From Candidatus Tepidifontimicrobium thermophilum (GTDB lineage Bacteria > Sysuimicrobiota > Sysuimicrobiia > Sysuimicrobiales > Sysuimicrobiaceae), in contig JAVKHO010000007.1 of the NCBI GenBank assembly GCA_031459915.1, positions 56,389 through 120,388 of the forward strand: 64,000 nt of DNA, in the 5' to 3' direction. Below the pieces are notes generated by a model, which ran no database searches, was not told the DNA's origin, and saw nothing but the letters and a program-made list of their open reading frames with translations. This document shows positions 36,751 to 46,196 of the stretch, piece by piece. A program made the position numbers and the translations under genes. The first letter of the stretch is position 1, and the number at the start of each line of letters is the position of its first letter.

Positions 36751-37296
36751 ATGGGAAACGAAACGACCACCGCGAGGCCTTCCCGCTGGCTGCTGGCGCT
36801 GTACGTGCTGCTGCCTTTGTGGGCCCTGGCGTACCTGTTCGTGGCGGGTGGGCTGGTGCAGCCGGAAATCAGGCCGGTGGCGCGGAACGTGGAGGGTGTT
36901 TCTGCAGGCACCGCCGCGGCGCCGGACGGCTCCGAGCACGTGATGGGCATCCTGGCGGTGGTCCCGGAGGACGCCAGGGACGACCAGCCCCCGCGTCCGG
37001 TGACGGACGCCATGCTGGCCCAGGCGAAGGCCCAGTACGACACCCTGTGCGCGGTGTGCCACGGACCCGAGGGACGCGGGGACGGCCCCGCGGGCGCGGC
37101 CCTGAACCCGAAACCCCTCAACTTCCACTTCCGGGCCTTTCAGGAACGGATGCCGGTGGGCGCTACCCACTGGGTGATCAAGAACGGCCTGGGCAACACT
37201 CCCCGCCGCAGCGGGATGCCGGCCTTCGGCCAGCTACCGGACGACCAGATCTGGGCCCTGGTGGAGTACGTCCGGCGGCTGGGCCGCCAGCCATGA
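36751..37296 (+). CDS. Membrane-anchored monoheme cytochrome c
   Basis: N-terminal TM, CAVCH, SGMPAF, QIWALVEY. Confidence 0.88.
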   Translation: MGNETTTARPSRWLLALYVLLPLWALAYLFVAGGLVQPEIRPVARNVEGVSAGTAAAPDGSEHVMGILAVVPEDARDDQPPRPVTDAMLAQAKAQYDTLCAVCHGPEGRGDGPAGAALNPKPLNFHFRAFQERMPVGATHWVIKNGLGNTPRRSGMPAFGQLPDDQIWALVEYVRRLGRQP

Positions 37297-38270
37297 CGCA
37301 GGCCGCGGCAGACGCCCTGGCCTCCGCCTACGCCCCGGTTCGCGAGGACCTGGAGCGGCTGCAGGACCTGCTGCGCCAGGAACTGGCGGCCCACGACCCC
37401 TTCCTCATGGAGCTGGTGTCGCATGTGCTGCATACCCGCGGCAAGATGGTGCGGCCGGCCCTGGCGTTCCTGTGCGCGCGCCTGGCAGGAGGGGGAGGGG
37501 CGCACCGTGACCTGGTGGCTGCGGCGGTGGAGCTCATCCACGTGGCCAGCCTCATCCACGACGACGTGATCGACGAGGCCGACCGCCGGCGCGGTCAGGC
37601 GACGCCCAACGCCCGGTGGGGCAACCACGTGGCGGTGTTGCTGGGTGACTACCTGTTCAGCAAGGCCTTCCACCTGCTCTCCCGAGTCGGGCGGGACGAC
37701 GTGGCGAGCCGGGTGGCCTTCGCCACCGTGCGCATGAGCCAGGCGGAGCTGCTCCAGGTCAAGTACGGCAACACCCCGCACACGGACGAGTCGGTGTACT
37801 TTGCCATCGTGGAAGGCAAGACCGCCCAGCTGGTGTCCTCCGCGTGCGCGGGAGGGGCGCTGGTGGGGGGAGGGGACGGGGATCTGGCGGAGCGGCTGGG
37901 CACCTTCGGGCTGCACTGGGGCGTGGCCTTCCAGATCACCGACGACACCCTGGATCTCACCAGCGACCCGGAAGTCCTAGGCAAGCCGATTGGCAGCGAC
38001 GTCCGGGGAGGGAAGGTCACCCTGCCCTTGATCCACGCGCTCCGCCACGCGGACGAGCAGGGGCGCCGGCGGCTGGAGAAGTGGATCCGGGCAGGCGAGC
38101 TGGCCCCGCTCCGGCACGCCCTGGAGACATCCGGGTCCTTCGCCTACGCCCTGGAGGTGGCCCGGCAGCACGCCCAGCGGGCGCTCCGCATCCTGGAGAC
38201 ACTTCCGGGAGGGCCGGAGCGTGACAGCTTGGCGGCCCTCACGGAGTTCGTGGTCTCCCGCCGCCACTAG
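37293..38270 (+). CDS. Long-chain polyprenyl diphosphate synthase (HepT/IspB-like)
   Basis: GKMVRP, LIHDDVID..RRG, GKTA, FQITDDTLD, GKVTLP. Confidence 0.92.
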   Translation: MTQAAADALASAYAPVREDLERLQDLLRQELAAHDPFLMELVSHVLHTRGKMVRPALAFLCARLAGGGGAHRDLVAAAVELIHVASLIHDDVIDEADRRRGQATPNARWGNHVAVLLGDYLFSKAFHLLSRVGRDDVASRVAFATVRMSQAELLQVKYGNTPHTDESVYFAIVEGKTAQLVSSACAGGALVGGGDGDLAERLGTFGLHWGVAFQITDDTLDLTSDPEVLGKPIGSDVRGGKVTLPLIHALRHADEQGRRRLEKWIRAGELAPLRHALETSGSFAYALEVARQHAQRALRILETLPGGPERDSLAALTEFVVSRRH

Positions 38271-38406
38271 GCCCCATTGGAGGCGTGACCCACCCGGGCG
38301 GTCGCCTGGTGGCGGCCGCGCAGCTCGGGTACACTGCCTCTCGGTGGAGGCGGTGCGGCACTGGCTGGACAGCCTGCGGACGCCCCTGGGGAGGGTGCGG
38401 GAGGCC

Positions 38407-39546
38407 ATGGTGTCGTTCGCCGTGGCCACCACCTCGCGTCACCTGGAGGCGTACCGGGAGGTGGTGGTCAGGCGGTGGCGGGCCTCCCTGCAGCGCCGCG
38501 TGGCCCGGTACGCCGAACACCCGGATCTGTCTGACCGCTGGGGGAAGCAGACGGTGGACTTGCTGGTCCAGGTGATGCGGGCCCGGGGCGAGGTGGAGCG
38601 GCTGGAGGCCCGCGACCGGGTCTTCGAGCACGCGCACCGGGTGGCCTCCGAGCAGCTGGAACTGGGGTTCAGCCTGGAGGAGATCCTGCAGGCTCTGAGC
38701 CTGCTGCGCAGCAGCCTGTCCGCCCAAGTGCAGGTGATGCTGAGCCGGCGGCTGTGGGTGGCATTCCCCCCTGACGTGATGCTGGCCACGGAGCGGGTCC
38801 ACGAGGCCATCGACCTGCAGATGCTGGCCATCGGCCAGGCCTACCTGGAGGCCCGGGACCGGGTGATCCGGGAGAAGCAGCGGGACCTGGAGGAGAGCAA
38901 CGAGAAGCTGCGGACCCTGCTGCGGGAGATGCACCACCGGATCAAGAACAACCTGCAGACCCTCGCCGACCTCCTGTACCTGGAAGCCCTCGAAGCAGGG
39001 GGAGCTGCCCGCAAGAGCCTCCTGGACAGCATCGGCCGGGTGAAGAGCATCGCCGCGGTGCACCAGATGCTGTCCGCGGACCGCATCGAGGCGGTGGAGG
39101 TACGCCGGCTGGCGGAGCGCATCGGGGAGATCATCGGGCGGGACCTGGTCCGAGCGGGCCGTGCGGTGCGCGTGGAGATCCAGGGTCCGGAGGTGTGGCT
39201 GCCGAGCAAACAGGCCACAGCCCTGGCCCTGGTGCTAAGCGAGCTGATCCACAACGCGCTGGAGCACGCCTTCCCGGACGGGCGCGGGCGGGTGGTAGTG
39301 CACCTCGGGCAGGTGGGCCAGGAGGTGTGGGTGAGGGTCCGGGACGACGGGGTGGGCCTGCCGCCGGATTTCTCCGTGGAGCGGCACGGACACCTGGGCC
39401 TGCGTATCGTCCGGGACCTGGTGAGCCGTGACCTGCGGGGCACCTTCTCCCTTCGCTCGGAGGGCGGGGCGGTGGCGGAGGTGCATTTCCAGGTGCCCGA
39501 GGCCGGGGAGGAAGTGGGGCCGGCGGTCGGGGAGGTGACGGCGTGA
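38407..39546 (+). CDS. Soluble sensor histidine kinase (HisKA_2, PdtaS/EutW-like) with RsbR-N/globin-like N-terminal domain
   Basis: EMHHRIKNNLQ, ELIHNALEHAF, DDGVG, HLGLRIV; helical N-terminus with LGFSLEEI; no TM. Confidence 0.85.
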   Translation: MVSFAVATTSRHLEAYREVVVRRWRASLQRRVARYAEHPDLSDRWGKQTVDLLVQVMRARGEVERLEARDRVFEHAHRVASEQLELGFSLEEILQALSLLRSSLSAQVQVMLSRRLWVAFPPDVMLATERVHEAIDLQMLAIGQAYLEARDRVIREKQRDLEESNEKLRTLLREMHHRIKNNLQTLADLLYLEALEAGGAARKSLLDSIGRVKSIAAVHQMLSADRIEAVEVRRLAERIGEIIGRDLVRAGRAVRVEIQGPEVWLPSKQATALALVLSELIHNALEHAFPDGRGRVVVHLGQVGQEVWVRVRDDGVGLPPDFSVERHGHLGLRIVRDLVSRDLRGTFSLRSEGGAVAEVHFQVPEAGEEVGPAVGEVTA

Positions 39547-40124
39547 AGGACCGTCTGCGCATCCTCATCGCGGACGACGAGGCCATCCGGGTCATGACCC
39601 TGAGGACCCAGCTGCGGGCGTTGGGCTTCGAAGTGGTGGCGGAGGCCACCAACGGCCGCGAGGCGGTGGAGCTGGCCGAGCGCCACCACCCCGACCTGGC
39701 CATCCTCGACATCAAGATGCCGGAGCTGGACGGGATCGCCGCGGCGCGGGAGATCACCGCCCGCGGGCCCATCCCCGTGATCCTGCTCACCGCGTACAGC
39801 GAGCCGGAGCTGGTGGAGCGGGCCACGGAGGCCGGGGTGTTCGCCTACCTGGTCAAGCCCGTGAGCGAGGAGGACCTGCTCCCCACCATCCTCCTGGCGC
39901 GGGCGCGGTTCGAGGAGTTCCGGCTCCTGCAGAAGGAGGTGGCGGACCTGCGGGAGGCCCTCGAGGCGCGGAAGGTCATCGAGCGGGCCAAGGGGATCCT
40001 CATGAAGCGGCTGGGGATCAGCGAAGCCGAGGCCTTCCGCCGCATGCAGGTGCAGAGCCAGAAGGAGAACAAGAAACTGGTGGAGATCGCCCGGGCCATC
40101 GTGACGGCCCACGGGGTGCTGTAG
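39543..40124 (+). CDS. Response regulator with ANTAR RNA-binding domain (PdtaR/EutV-like)
   Basis: IADDE, LDIKMP, YLVKP; LEARKVIERAKGILM..ISEAEAF. Confidence 0.93.
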   Translation: MKDRLRILIADDEAIRVMTLRTQLRALGFEVVAEATNGREAVELAERHHPDLAILDIKMPELDGIAAAREITARGPIPVILLTAYSEPELVERATEAGVFAYLVKPVSEEDLLPTILLARARFEEFRLLQKEVADLREALEARKVIERAKGILMKRLGISEAEAFRRMQVQSQKENKKLVEIARAIVTAHGVL

Positions 40125-40534
40125 TGGAGCCCGCCACCCGGGACGGCTGGGAAGCCCTGGCGGAGGACCTGGCCCGGCTGGTCCGGGCCCACGTGGAGCT
40201 CCTGCAGCTGGAGGGCAGGGAGGCCTTCCAGGACTTGGTCCGGGGCGGCGTGGGTCTGCTGGCGGGAGCTGCCGCCGCCGCGGGTGCCCTCCTTTTCCTG
40301 CCGACCGTGCTGGCACTGGTGCTGGCGCAGTGGGTGGCGCCCTGGGTGGCGGGGCTGGTGAGCTGGTGCGTGGTGGCGGGGCTGGGCGCGGGGTTGGCCG
40401 CGTGGGGCTGGCGGAGGCTCCGCAGACCGAAGCTACCCAGGGTGAGGGAGGCGCTCCAGGAGGACGCCCGGTGGATCCGCGAGCTGACCGCGTCCATGCG
40501 GAGCTCCGGGCGGCCCGGCTCAGGGTCGCCCTGA
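40124..40534 (+). CDS. YqjE/DUF1469 (holin-like family) membrane protein
   Basis: LARLVRAHVELLQLE, two TMs, REALQEDARW. Confidence 0.75.
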   Translation: MEPATRDGWEALAEDLARLVRAHVELLQLEGREAFQDLVRGGVGLLAGAAAAAGALLFLPTVLALVLAQWVAPWVAGLVSWCVVAGLGAGLAAWGWRRLRRPKLPRVREALQEDARWIRELTASMRSSGRPGSGSP

Positions 40535-40764
40535 GGCTTGGACACCTAGTGCAGCAGCACCACACGCAAGGCGGCCGGCCGCTGCGTTCGGGCCCGGCCC
40601 TGCTGGCTGCGGCGGTGCTGCTGGGGGTGGCGCTGCTTTACGCCCTCTGGGAACGCCGGGCGGACAGCCGGCCGCCGGGTTGGTACAATGCCACCGGAGG
40701 TGGCGGATGCCCTTCGGGATCGGAACCACCGAGCTCGTCATCATCCTCGTCATCGCGCTCCTGA
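40471..40764 (+). CDS. Possible DUF3618/YqjK-like partner protein
   Basis: AGGAGG SD before GTG; ELRAARLRVA helix plus C-terminal TM; overlaps both neighbours. Confidence 0.4.
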   Translation: MDPRADRVHAELRAARLRVALRLGHLVQQHHTQGGRPLRSGPALLAAAVLLGVALLYALWERRADSRPPGWYNATGGGGCPSGSEPPSSSSSSSSRS

Positions 40765-40874
40765 TCTTCGGACCGTCCCGCCTGGCCGGCATCGGGAGTT
40801 CCCTCGGGAAGGCGATCCGGGACTTCCGGAAGTCGGTCAAGGAAGAGGACTCGGACGAGGCAGCGAAGACGTAG
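40707..40874 (+). CDS. tatA: Twin-arginine translocase TatA/E
   Basis: GIGTTELVIILVIALLIFGPSRL..LGKAIRDFRK; TGGTACAAT extended -10 at 40681. Confidence 0.93.
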   Translation: MPFGIGTTELVIILVIALLIFGPSRLAGIGSSLGKAIRDFRKSVKEEDSDEAAKT

Positions 40875-40928
40875 CGCGCGCCGGCGGGTGAAGGCGTCGA
40901 GCTTCCTGGCCAGCGGGGAGGACCCCGG

Positions 40929-41189
40929 GTGACCCGGCGGACCCGCCGCTCCTGGGTGCCGCTGGTGTTTGTGGTGCTGGCGGGCGGCGTCCTGGGGCAG
41001 GTGCTGGCGGAGGCCGTCTCCGCCTTCCCGCAGCTTTCTTTCCTCGCCCGGTCCGTGGAGCCGGGACTGGACCCCGCCCTGCACCTGGACCTGGGTCTTG
41101 TGACCTTCACCCTGGGCTTCACCGTACGGCTCAACCTGGCGGTGCTCCTGGGGGTGGTGTTCGCCCTGTGGCTGTGGCGGTGGGTGTAA
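40929..41189 (+). CDS. DUF4321-like small membrane protein
   Basis: LDLGLVTFTLGFTVRLNLAVLLG; typical position upstream of radC. Confidence 0.7.
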   Translation: MTRRTRRSWVPLVFVVLAGGVLGQVLAEAVSAFPQLSFLARSVEPGLDPALHLDLGLVTFTLGFTVRLNLAVLLGVVFALWLWRWV

Positions 41190-41220
41190 AACTCACGAGC
41201 CGGCGCGTTCACTCCATGGG

Positions 41221-41913
41221 ATGTACGCCACCGGCCCCACCATCCGGGAGCTGCCGCCCGAGGCGCGGCCTCGGGAGCGCTTGGCGGCCGCCGGTCCGGA
41301 CGACCTTCAGGATCGGGAGCTGCTGGCGATCCTCCTGCGCGCGGGGACCCGGTCCCGGTCGGCCCTCCACCTGGCCGACGACCTGCTGCGGCGGTTCGGC
41401 GGCCTACGGGCCCTCAGCCGGGCCCGGGTGGAGGAACTGAGCGCCCTGCCGGGGGTGGGTGAGGCGAAGGCGGCCACCTTGGTGGCCGCCTTCGAGCTGG
41501 GCCGGCGGGTCCAGGGTCCCGACCCCGCCAGCCGGCCGGTGGTGCGCAGCGCCCAGGATGCCGCAGCCCTTGTAGCTCCCCGCCTGGCCCACCGGGAGCA
41601 GGAGCACTTCTGCGTGCTGCTGTTGAACGCCCGGCACGAGGTCATAGGCTTGGTGGAGACGTCCCGGGGAGGCCTGAACGCCGCCTCCGTGGAGTCCCGG
41701 GAGGTGTTCCGGGAAGCCATCCGCCGCGGTGCCCACGCGGTGATCCTGGCCCACAACCACCCCTCCGGGAATCCGGAGCCCAGCCCGGACGACGCGCGGC
41801 TCACCTCCCTGCTGCGCCAGGCGGGGGCGCTGCTGGGGGTGGCCGTCCTGGACCACGTGGTGGTGGGGGACGGACGGTTTGTCAGCCTGCGGGAGCGGGG
41901 GTTAGGATTCTAG
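41221..41913 (+). CDS. radC: RadC (JAB domain) protein
   Basis: [38 protein letters not shown]. Confidence 0.93.
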   Translation: MYATGPTIRELPPEARPRERLAAAGPDDLQDRELLAILLRAGTRSRSALHLADDLLRRFGGLRALSRARVEELSALPGVGEAKAATLVAAFELGRRVQGPDPASRPVVRSAQDAAALVAPRLAHREQEHFCVLLLNARHEVIGLVETSRGGLNAASVESREVFREAIRRGAHAVILAHNHPSGNPEPSPDDARLTSLLRQAGALLGVAVLDHVVVGDGRFVSLRERGLGF

Positions 41914-41954
41914 GGGCCGTTCGAGGGCAAAGCCTACAAGCTTCGGAGGACGGG

Positions 41955-42989
41955 ATGATCCGCAACGGGTTCCTCAGCCGCTTCTCGCGGGACATGGGGA
42001 TCGACCTCGGTACCGCCAACACCCTGGTGTACGTCCGCCACGAGGGCATCGTGCTTCGGGAGCCCTCCGTGGTGGCCAAGCGCAGCGACGGCGCGATCCT
42101 GGCGGTGGGCGACGAGGCCAAGCGCATGATCGGGCGCACGCCCTCCGACATTCACGCCATGCGGCCCCTTCGGGACGGGGTCATCGCGGACTTCGACACC
42201 ACTGCGGCCATGCTCAGTTACTTCATCCGCAAGGGGATGCGGGGGAGGTCCCTGCTCAGGCCGCGGGTGATCGTCGGAATCCCCTCCGGGGTCACGGAGG
42301 TGGAGAAGCGGGCGGTGATCGACGCCACCCTGCAGGCGGGGGCCCGCGAGGCGTACCTGATCGAGGAGCCCATGGCCGCAGCCATCGGTGCTGGCCTGCC
42401 GGTCTCCGAGCCGGTGGGCAGCATGGTGGTGGACATCGGTGGCGGAACCACGGAGGTCGCCGTAATCTCCTTGGGCGGGATCGTCACCAGCAAGTCCATC
42501 CGGATCGGCGGGGACGAGATGGACGAGGCGATCATCCAGTACGCCCGCAAGGCGTACAACCTGCTCATCGGGGAGCGCACCGCGGAGGAGATCAAGATCG
42601 CCATCGGGTCCGCCTACCCGCTGCGGGAGGAACAGGCGGTGGACGTGCGGGGCCGGGATCTGGTGTCCGGGCTGCCCCGCACGGTGCGGATGACCAGCGC
42701 GGAGATCCGAGAGGCGTTGCGGGAACCGGTGGCCGCCATCGTGGACGCGGTGAAGCAGACCCTGGAGCGTACCCCCCCGGAGCTGTCCGCGGACATCGTG
42801 GAGCGCGGCATCGTGCTGGCGGGTGGAGGCTCCCTCCTTCGCGGCCTGGACCGGCTGCTGGCGGAGGAGACGGGAATGCCGGTGACCCTCACGGACGACC
42901 CGCTTTCCGCGGTGGTGCTGGGCACAGGGAGAGCCCTGGAGGAGATCGACACCCTGAAAAAGGTGCTGCTGACCGCCAAGCGGACGTAG
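41955..42989 (+). CDS. mreB: Rod shape-determining protein MreB
   Basis: [28 protein letters not shown]. Confidence 0.97.
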   Translation: MIRNGFLSRFSRDMGIDLGTANTLVYVRHEGIVLREPSVVAKRSDGAILAVGDEAKRMIGRTPSDIHAMRPLRDGVIADFDTTAAMLSYFIRKGMRGRSLLRPRVIVGIPSGVTEVEKRAVIDATLQAGAREAYLIEEPMAAAIGAGLPVSEPVGSMVVDIGGGTTEVAVISLGGIVTSKSIRIGGDEMDEAIIQYARKAYNLLIGERTAEEIKIAIGSAYPLREEQAVDVRGRDLVSGLPRTVRMTSAEIREALREPVAAIVDAVKQTLERTPPELSADIVERGIVLAGGGSLLRGLDRLLAEETGMPVTLTDDPLSAVVLGTGRALEEIDTLKKVLLTAKRT

Positions 42990-43002
42990 CGGCGCGTGCG
43001 GG

Positions 43003-43833
43003 ATGATCCTGGCGGGATCGCGACGGCGGGCGAGTCTGTTCGTGGCCCTGGTGGTGCTGGCCGGGGCGCTGGTCACCCTGCAGGTGAGGTCTCCCGAACG
43101 GCGAGCCGTGGGCCCGGTGGGTCGGGCGGTGCTGTCCGTGCTGCTGCCGGCCCAGGTCTCCCTGGGACGGGCCGCGGACGCGGTGATCCGGTCGTGGCGG
43201 GCCCTGAACGAGATCGGGCAGCTGCGTATGGAGAACGCCCGGCTGCGGGCGGAGGTCGAGGCCCTCCGCCGGGAGGTGGCCCGGCTGCAGGAGGCTTCCG
43301 CGGAGGCGGAGCGCCTGCGGCGGCTGGTAGGCTTCCGGGCCCCTGACCCGTACGCTACGGTGGCAGCCCGGGTGGTGGCGCGCGACCCGAGCCGGTGGTA
43401 CACCACCCTCATCGTGGACCGGGGTAGCCGGGACGGGATCTCCCGCAACGACCCTGTGGTGACGGCAGATGGCTTGGTGGGCCGGGTGTTCGAGGTCTAC
43501 CCGAGTGCCGCCCGGGTGCTTCTGGTCACCGACCGGCGCAGCGCGGTGGGGGTCCTGGTGCAGAGTTCCCGGGACGCAGGGGTGGTGGAGGGGACGGCCA
43601 CGGAGAGGCTCCGGCTGCGCTACCTTTCACGGTCCTCCCCCCTGCGGGAGGGAGATGTACTGGTCACCTCGGGGCTGGGCGGGGTGTTCCCCCGAGGGAT
43701 CCGGGTCGGTGTGGTGCGCGCGGTGGTTCGCAGCGTAGGGGCTCTGTTCCAGGAGGCGGAGGTGGAACCCGCCACCGACCTGTCCCGCCTGGAGGAAGTG
43801 CTGGTGATGGTGAGGCCCACGGCTGCGAGATAG
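43003..43833 (+). CDS. mreC: Rod shape-determining protein MreC
   Basis: TM plus coiled coil, DRGSRDG, GLVGRV, TSGLGGVFPRGI. Confidence 0.93.
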   Translation: MILAGSRRRASLFVALVVLAGALVTLQVRSPERRAVGPVGRAVLSVLLPAQVSLGRAADAVIRSWRALNEIGQLRMENARLRAEVEALRREVARLQEASAEAERLRRLVGFRAPDPYATVAARVVARDPSRWYTTLIVDRGSRDGISRNDPVVTADGLVGRVFEVYPSAARVLLVTDRRSAVGVLVQSSRDAGVVEGTATERLRLRYLSRSSPLREGDVLVTSGLGGVFPRGIRVGVVRAVVRSVGALFQEAEVEPATDLSRLEEVLVMVRPTAAR

Positions 43834-43843
43834 GTGGGCTGCG

Positions 43844-44386
43844 GTGCAGCGTCCGTGGCGTCTGGCAGCAAGGGGGGCCGGCTGCGGCGCGCTCCTGCTG
43901 GGAGCGGTGGTGGTGGAGGGCGCCTGGGGGTGGAGGCTGGGCTGGATGGGAGGCGCTCCGGAGCCGGTGCTGGTGGTCCTGCTGGCCCTGGGCCTGCGCA
44001 TGCAGCCGGAGGGAGCAGCCTTGCTGGGCTTCCTCGCGGGTCTGCTGCAGGACCTGGCGGGTGGGGGTGCGCTCGGCGTGTTCGCGATGTCCAAGCTGTG
44101 GGTGGGTTTCGGCGCTGGGTCCTTGGCCCGCACGGTGGTGCTGGACAGCGCCTGGGCGCCTTCCGCCTTCGCCGTGGCGGGTACCGCGGCCGCCCGGCTG
44201 CTGGAGGTGGGGCTGTCGGCACTGGCGGGCGATCCTCCGCCCTCCCTGCTGGCCTGGGCCCGGGGAACCGCGGTGGCCGCGTGCTACAATGGGTTGATCG
44301 CGCCCCTGGTGTTCGCGGGACTCCGAAAGGTGGAGCGGTGGCGCGGACGCCTGCGGCTGGCGACGTCCCCCGAGCTGCGTCCGTAG
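43844..44386 (+). CDS. mreD: Rod shape-determining protein MreD
   Basis: GFLAGLLQDL, hydrophobic; synteny. Confidence 0.85.
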   Translation: MQRPWRLAARGAGCGALLLGAVVVEGAWGWRLGWMGGAPEPVLVVLLALGLRMQPEGAALLGFLAGLLQDLAGGGALGVFAMSKLWVGFGAGSLARTVVLDSAWAPSAFAVAGTAAARLLEVGLSALAGDPPPSLLAWARGTAVAACYNGLIAPLVFAGLRKVERWRGRLRLATSPELRP

Positions 44387-44411
44387 GTCCCGAGGCCGTG
44401 GTCGAGGGCCC

Positions 44412-46196
44412 ATGCAACCGGAAAAACCTGTCCACCTGTCCACGCGACTGACTTCCTTCGCCGTGGCGCTGACCATGGCGCTGGCCGCCCTGGGGTTGCG
44501 CCTGTGGCAGCTGCAGGTCCTCCAGGGCGACTACTATGCGCAGCTGGCCGATACCAACCGGTTGCGGATTCACCACGTGGCGGCCCCGAGGGGGTTGGTC
44601 CTCGACCGCCGCGGCACCCCTCTCGTGCTCAACCGGCCCGCTTTCTCCGTGTCCATCCTCCCCATGGAGCTCAGGGAGCCCACCCGAGTGCTCCCGGACC
44701 TGGCGCGGGTGCTGGGGATCTCCCAGGAGGAGTTGTGGTCCCGCTGGGAGCGCGCGCGGAGCCGTCCCTTCGAGCCGGTGCGGGTACGGCGCGACGTGAG
44801 CATGCGCGTGGTCACCCTGCTGGAGGAGCGGCGGGAGGAGCTCCGCGGGGTACAGGTGGAGGCGGAGCCGGTGCGGGTCTACCCGTTTGGGGCCGCGGCG
44901 GCCCACGTCCTGGGTTACCTGGGCGAAGTGAGTGCGGATGAGCTGGAGGCGTTGCGACCCCGCGGCTACCGGGCGGGCGACCTGATCGGCAAGGCGGGGG
45001 TGGAGCGGTCCTACGACACGGTACTCCGGGGCGACGACGGCGAGCAGGTGGTGGAGGTGGACGTCGCGGGCCGGCCGTTGCGCGTGCTGCGGGAACAGCC
45101 GGGGCGTCCCGGCAACACCCTGGTGCTGTCGCTGGACTGGGAGCTGCAGGAGGAGGCGGAGCGCCAGCTGCGCGGCTGGTCGGGCGCGGTGGTGGCCATG
45201 GACCCGCGCACTGGAGAGGTGCTGGTCATGGCCAGCAGCCCGTCCTTCGACCCCAACGCGTTCTCAGTGGGCATCTCCGAGCGGCAGTGGAGACAGTTGG
45301 TGCAGGACCGGCGCAACCCCCTCCTGAACCGTGCCACCGCCGCGGCGGTGGAGCCCGGCTCCGTGTTCAAGGTGGTCACGGGACTCGCGGCCCTGCAGGA
45401 GGGCCGCGCCGGTCCGGCTTCGCGGTTCGTGTGCACCGGCTCCCTGCGGCTGGACCGGTGGGTGTTCCGCGACCTGCAGGCCCACGGCGTGGTGGACTTC
45501 ACCACCGGGGTGGCGCAGTCGTGCAACGTGATGTTCTGGATGCTGGGTCGCAGCCTCGGGCCGGAGCGGCTGGCCACCTACGCGCGGCGGCTAGGCTTCG
45601 GGCAGCCCACCGGCGTGGACCTGCCCCTGGAAGCCACCGGCGTGATCCCTGACGCGGACTACAAGCAGAGGACCTGGCGCGAACCCTGGTACCCGGGAGA
45701 TACGCTCAACATGGCCATCGGACAGGGCTTTGTCCTGGTCACGCCGATCCAGGTCGCCAGGGCCCTGAGCGCGGTGGCCAACGGCGGCCTGCTGGTCCAG
45801 CCCCGGTTGGCGCGGGCGGTGCTGTCGCCGGAAGGGCAGGTGGTGCGGACCTTCTCGCCGACCGTGCAGGGACGCGTGGAGTTCTCGCCGTCGGCCCTGA
45901 AGGCCCTTCGCAGGGGCCTGGAGGCGGTGGTGGAGCGCGGGACCGGCCAGGCGGCCCGCGTGGAAGGGCTTCGGGTGGCGGGGAAGACCGGCAGCGCGGA
46001 AACACCGCGGGGCCGGCCGCACGCGTGGTTCGCGGGCTACGCTCCCGCGGAGGACCCGCGGATCGTGGTGGTGGTGCTGGTGGAACACGGCTACCGTGGC
46101 GGCCTCAACGCCGCCCCCATCGCCCGGGCCGTCTTGTCCCGGTGGTGGGAGGGGCAGCGCGCGGGCCGGAGGGAGGCCGGGTGGGCAGCGCGCTGA
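44412..46196 (+). CDS. mrdA: Penicillin-binding protein 2
   Basis: APRGLVLDRRG, GSVFK, SCN, KTG. Confidence 0.93.
   Translation: MQPEKPVHLSTRLTSFAVALTMALAALGLRLWQLQVLQGDYYAQLADTNRLRIHHVAAPRGLVLDRRGTPLVLNRPAFSVSILPMELREPTRVLPDLARVLGISQEELWSRWERARSRPFEPVRVRRDVSMRVVTLLEERREELRGVQVEAEPVRVYPFGAAAAHVLGYLGEVSADELEALRPRGYRAGDLIGKAGVERSYDTVLRGDDGEQVVEVDVAGRPLRVLREQPGRPGNTLVLSLDWELQEEAERQLRGWSGAVVAMDPRTGEVLVMASSPSFDPNAFSVGISERQWRQLVQDRRNPLLNRATAAAVEPGSVFKVVTGLAALQEGRAGPASRFVCTGSLRLDRWVFRDLQAHGVVDFTTGVAQSCNVMFWMLGRSLGPERLATYARRLGFGQPTGVDLPLEATGVIPDADYKQRTWREPWYPGDTLNMAIGQGFVLVTPIQVARALSAVANGGLLVQPRLARAVLSPEGQVVRTFSPTVQGRVEFSPSALKALRRGLEAVVERGTGQAARVEGLRVAGKTGSAETPRGRPHAWFAGYAPAEDPRIVVVVLVEHGYRGGLNAAPIARAVLSRWWEGQRAGRREAGWAAR

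Noticed and set aside
34854..37296. Functional cbb3 oxidase or NO reductase
   Set aside because: Subunit I lacks the heme and CuB/FeB histidine ligands.
40124..40534. Prophage suggested by holin-like family protein
   Set aside because: This family is a common chromosomal membrane protein; no phage genes nearby.
41221..41913. radC as marker of a mobile or anti-defence element
   Set aside because: Full-length form in the standard radC-mreBCD housekeeping position.
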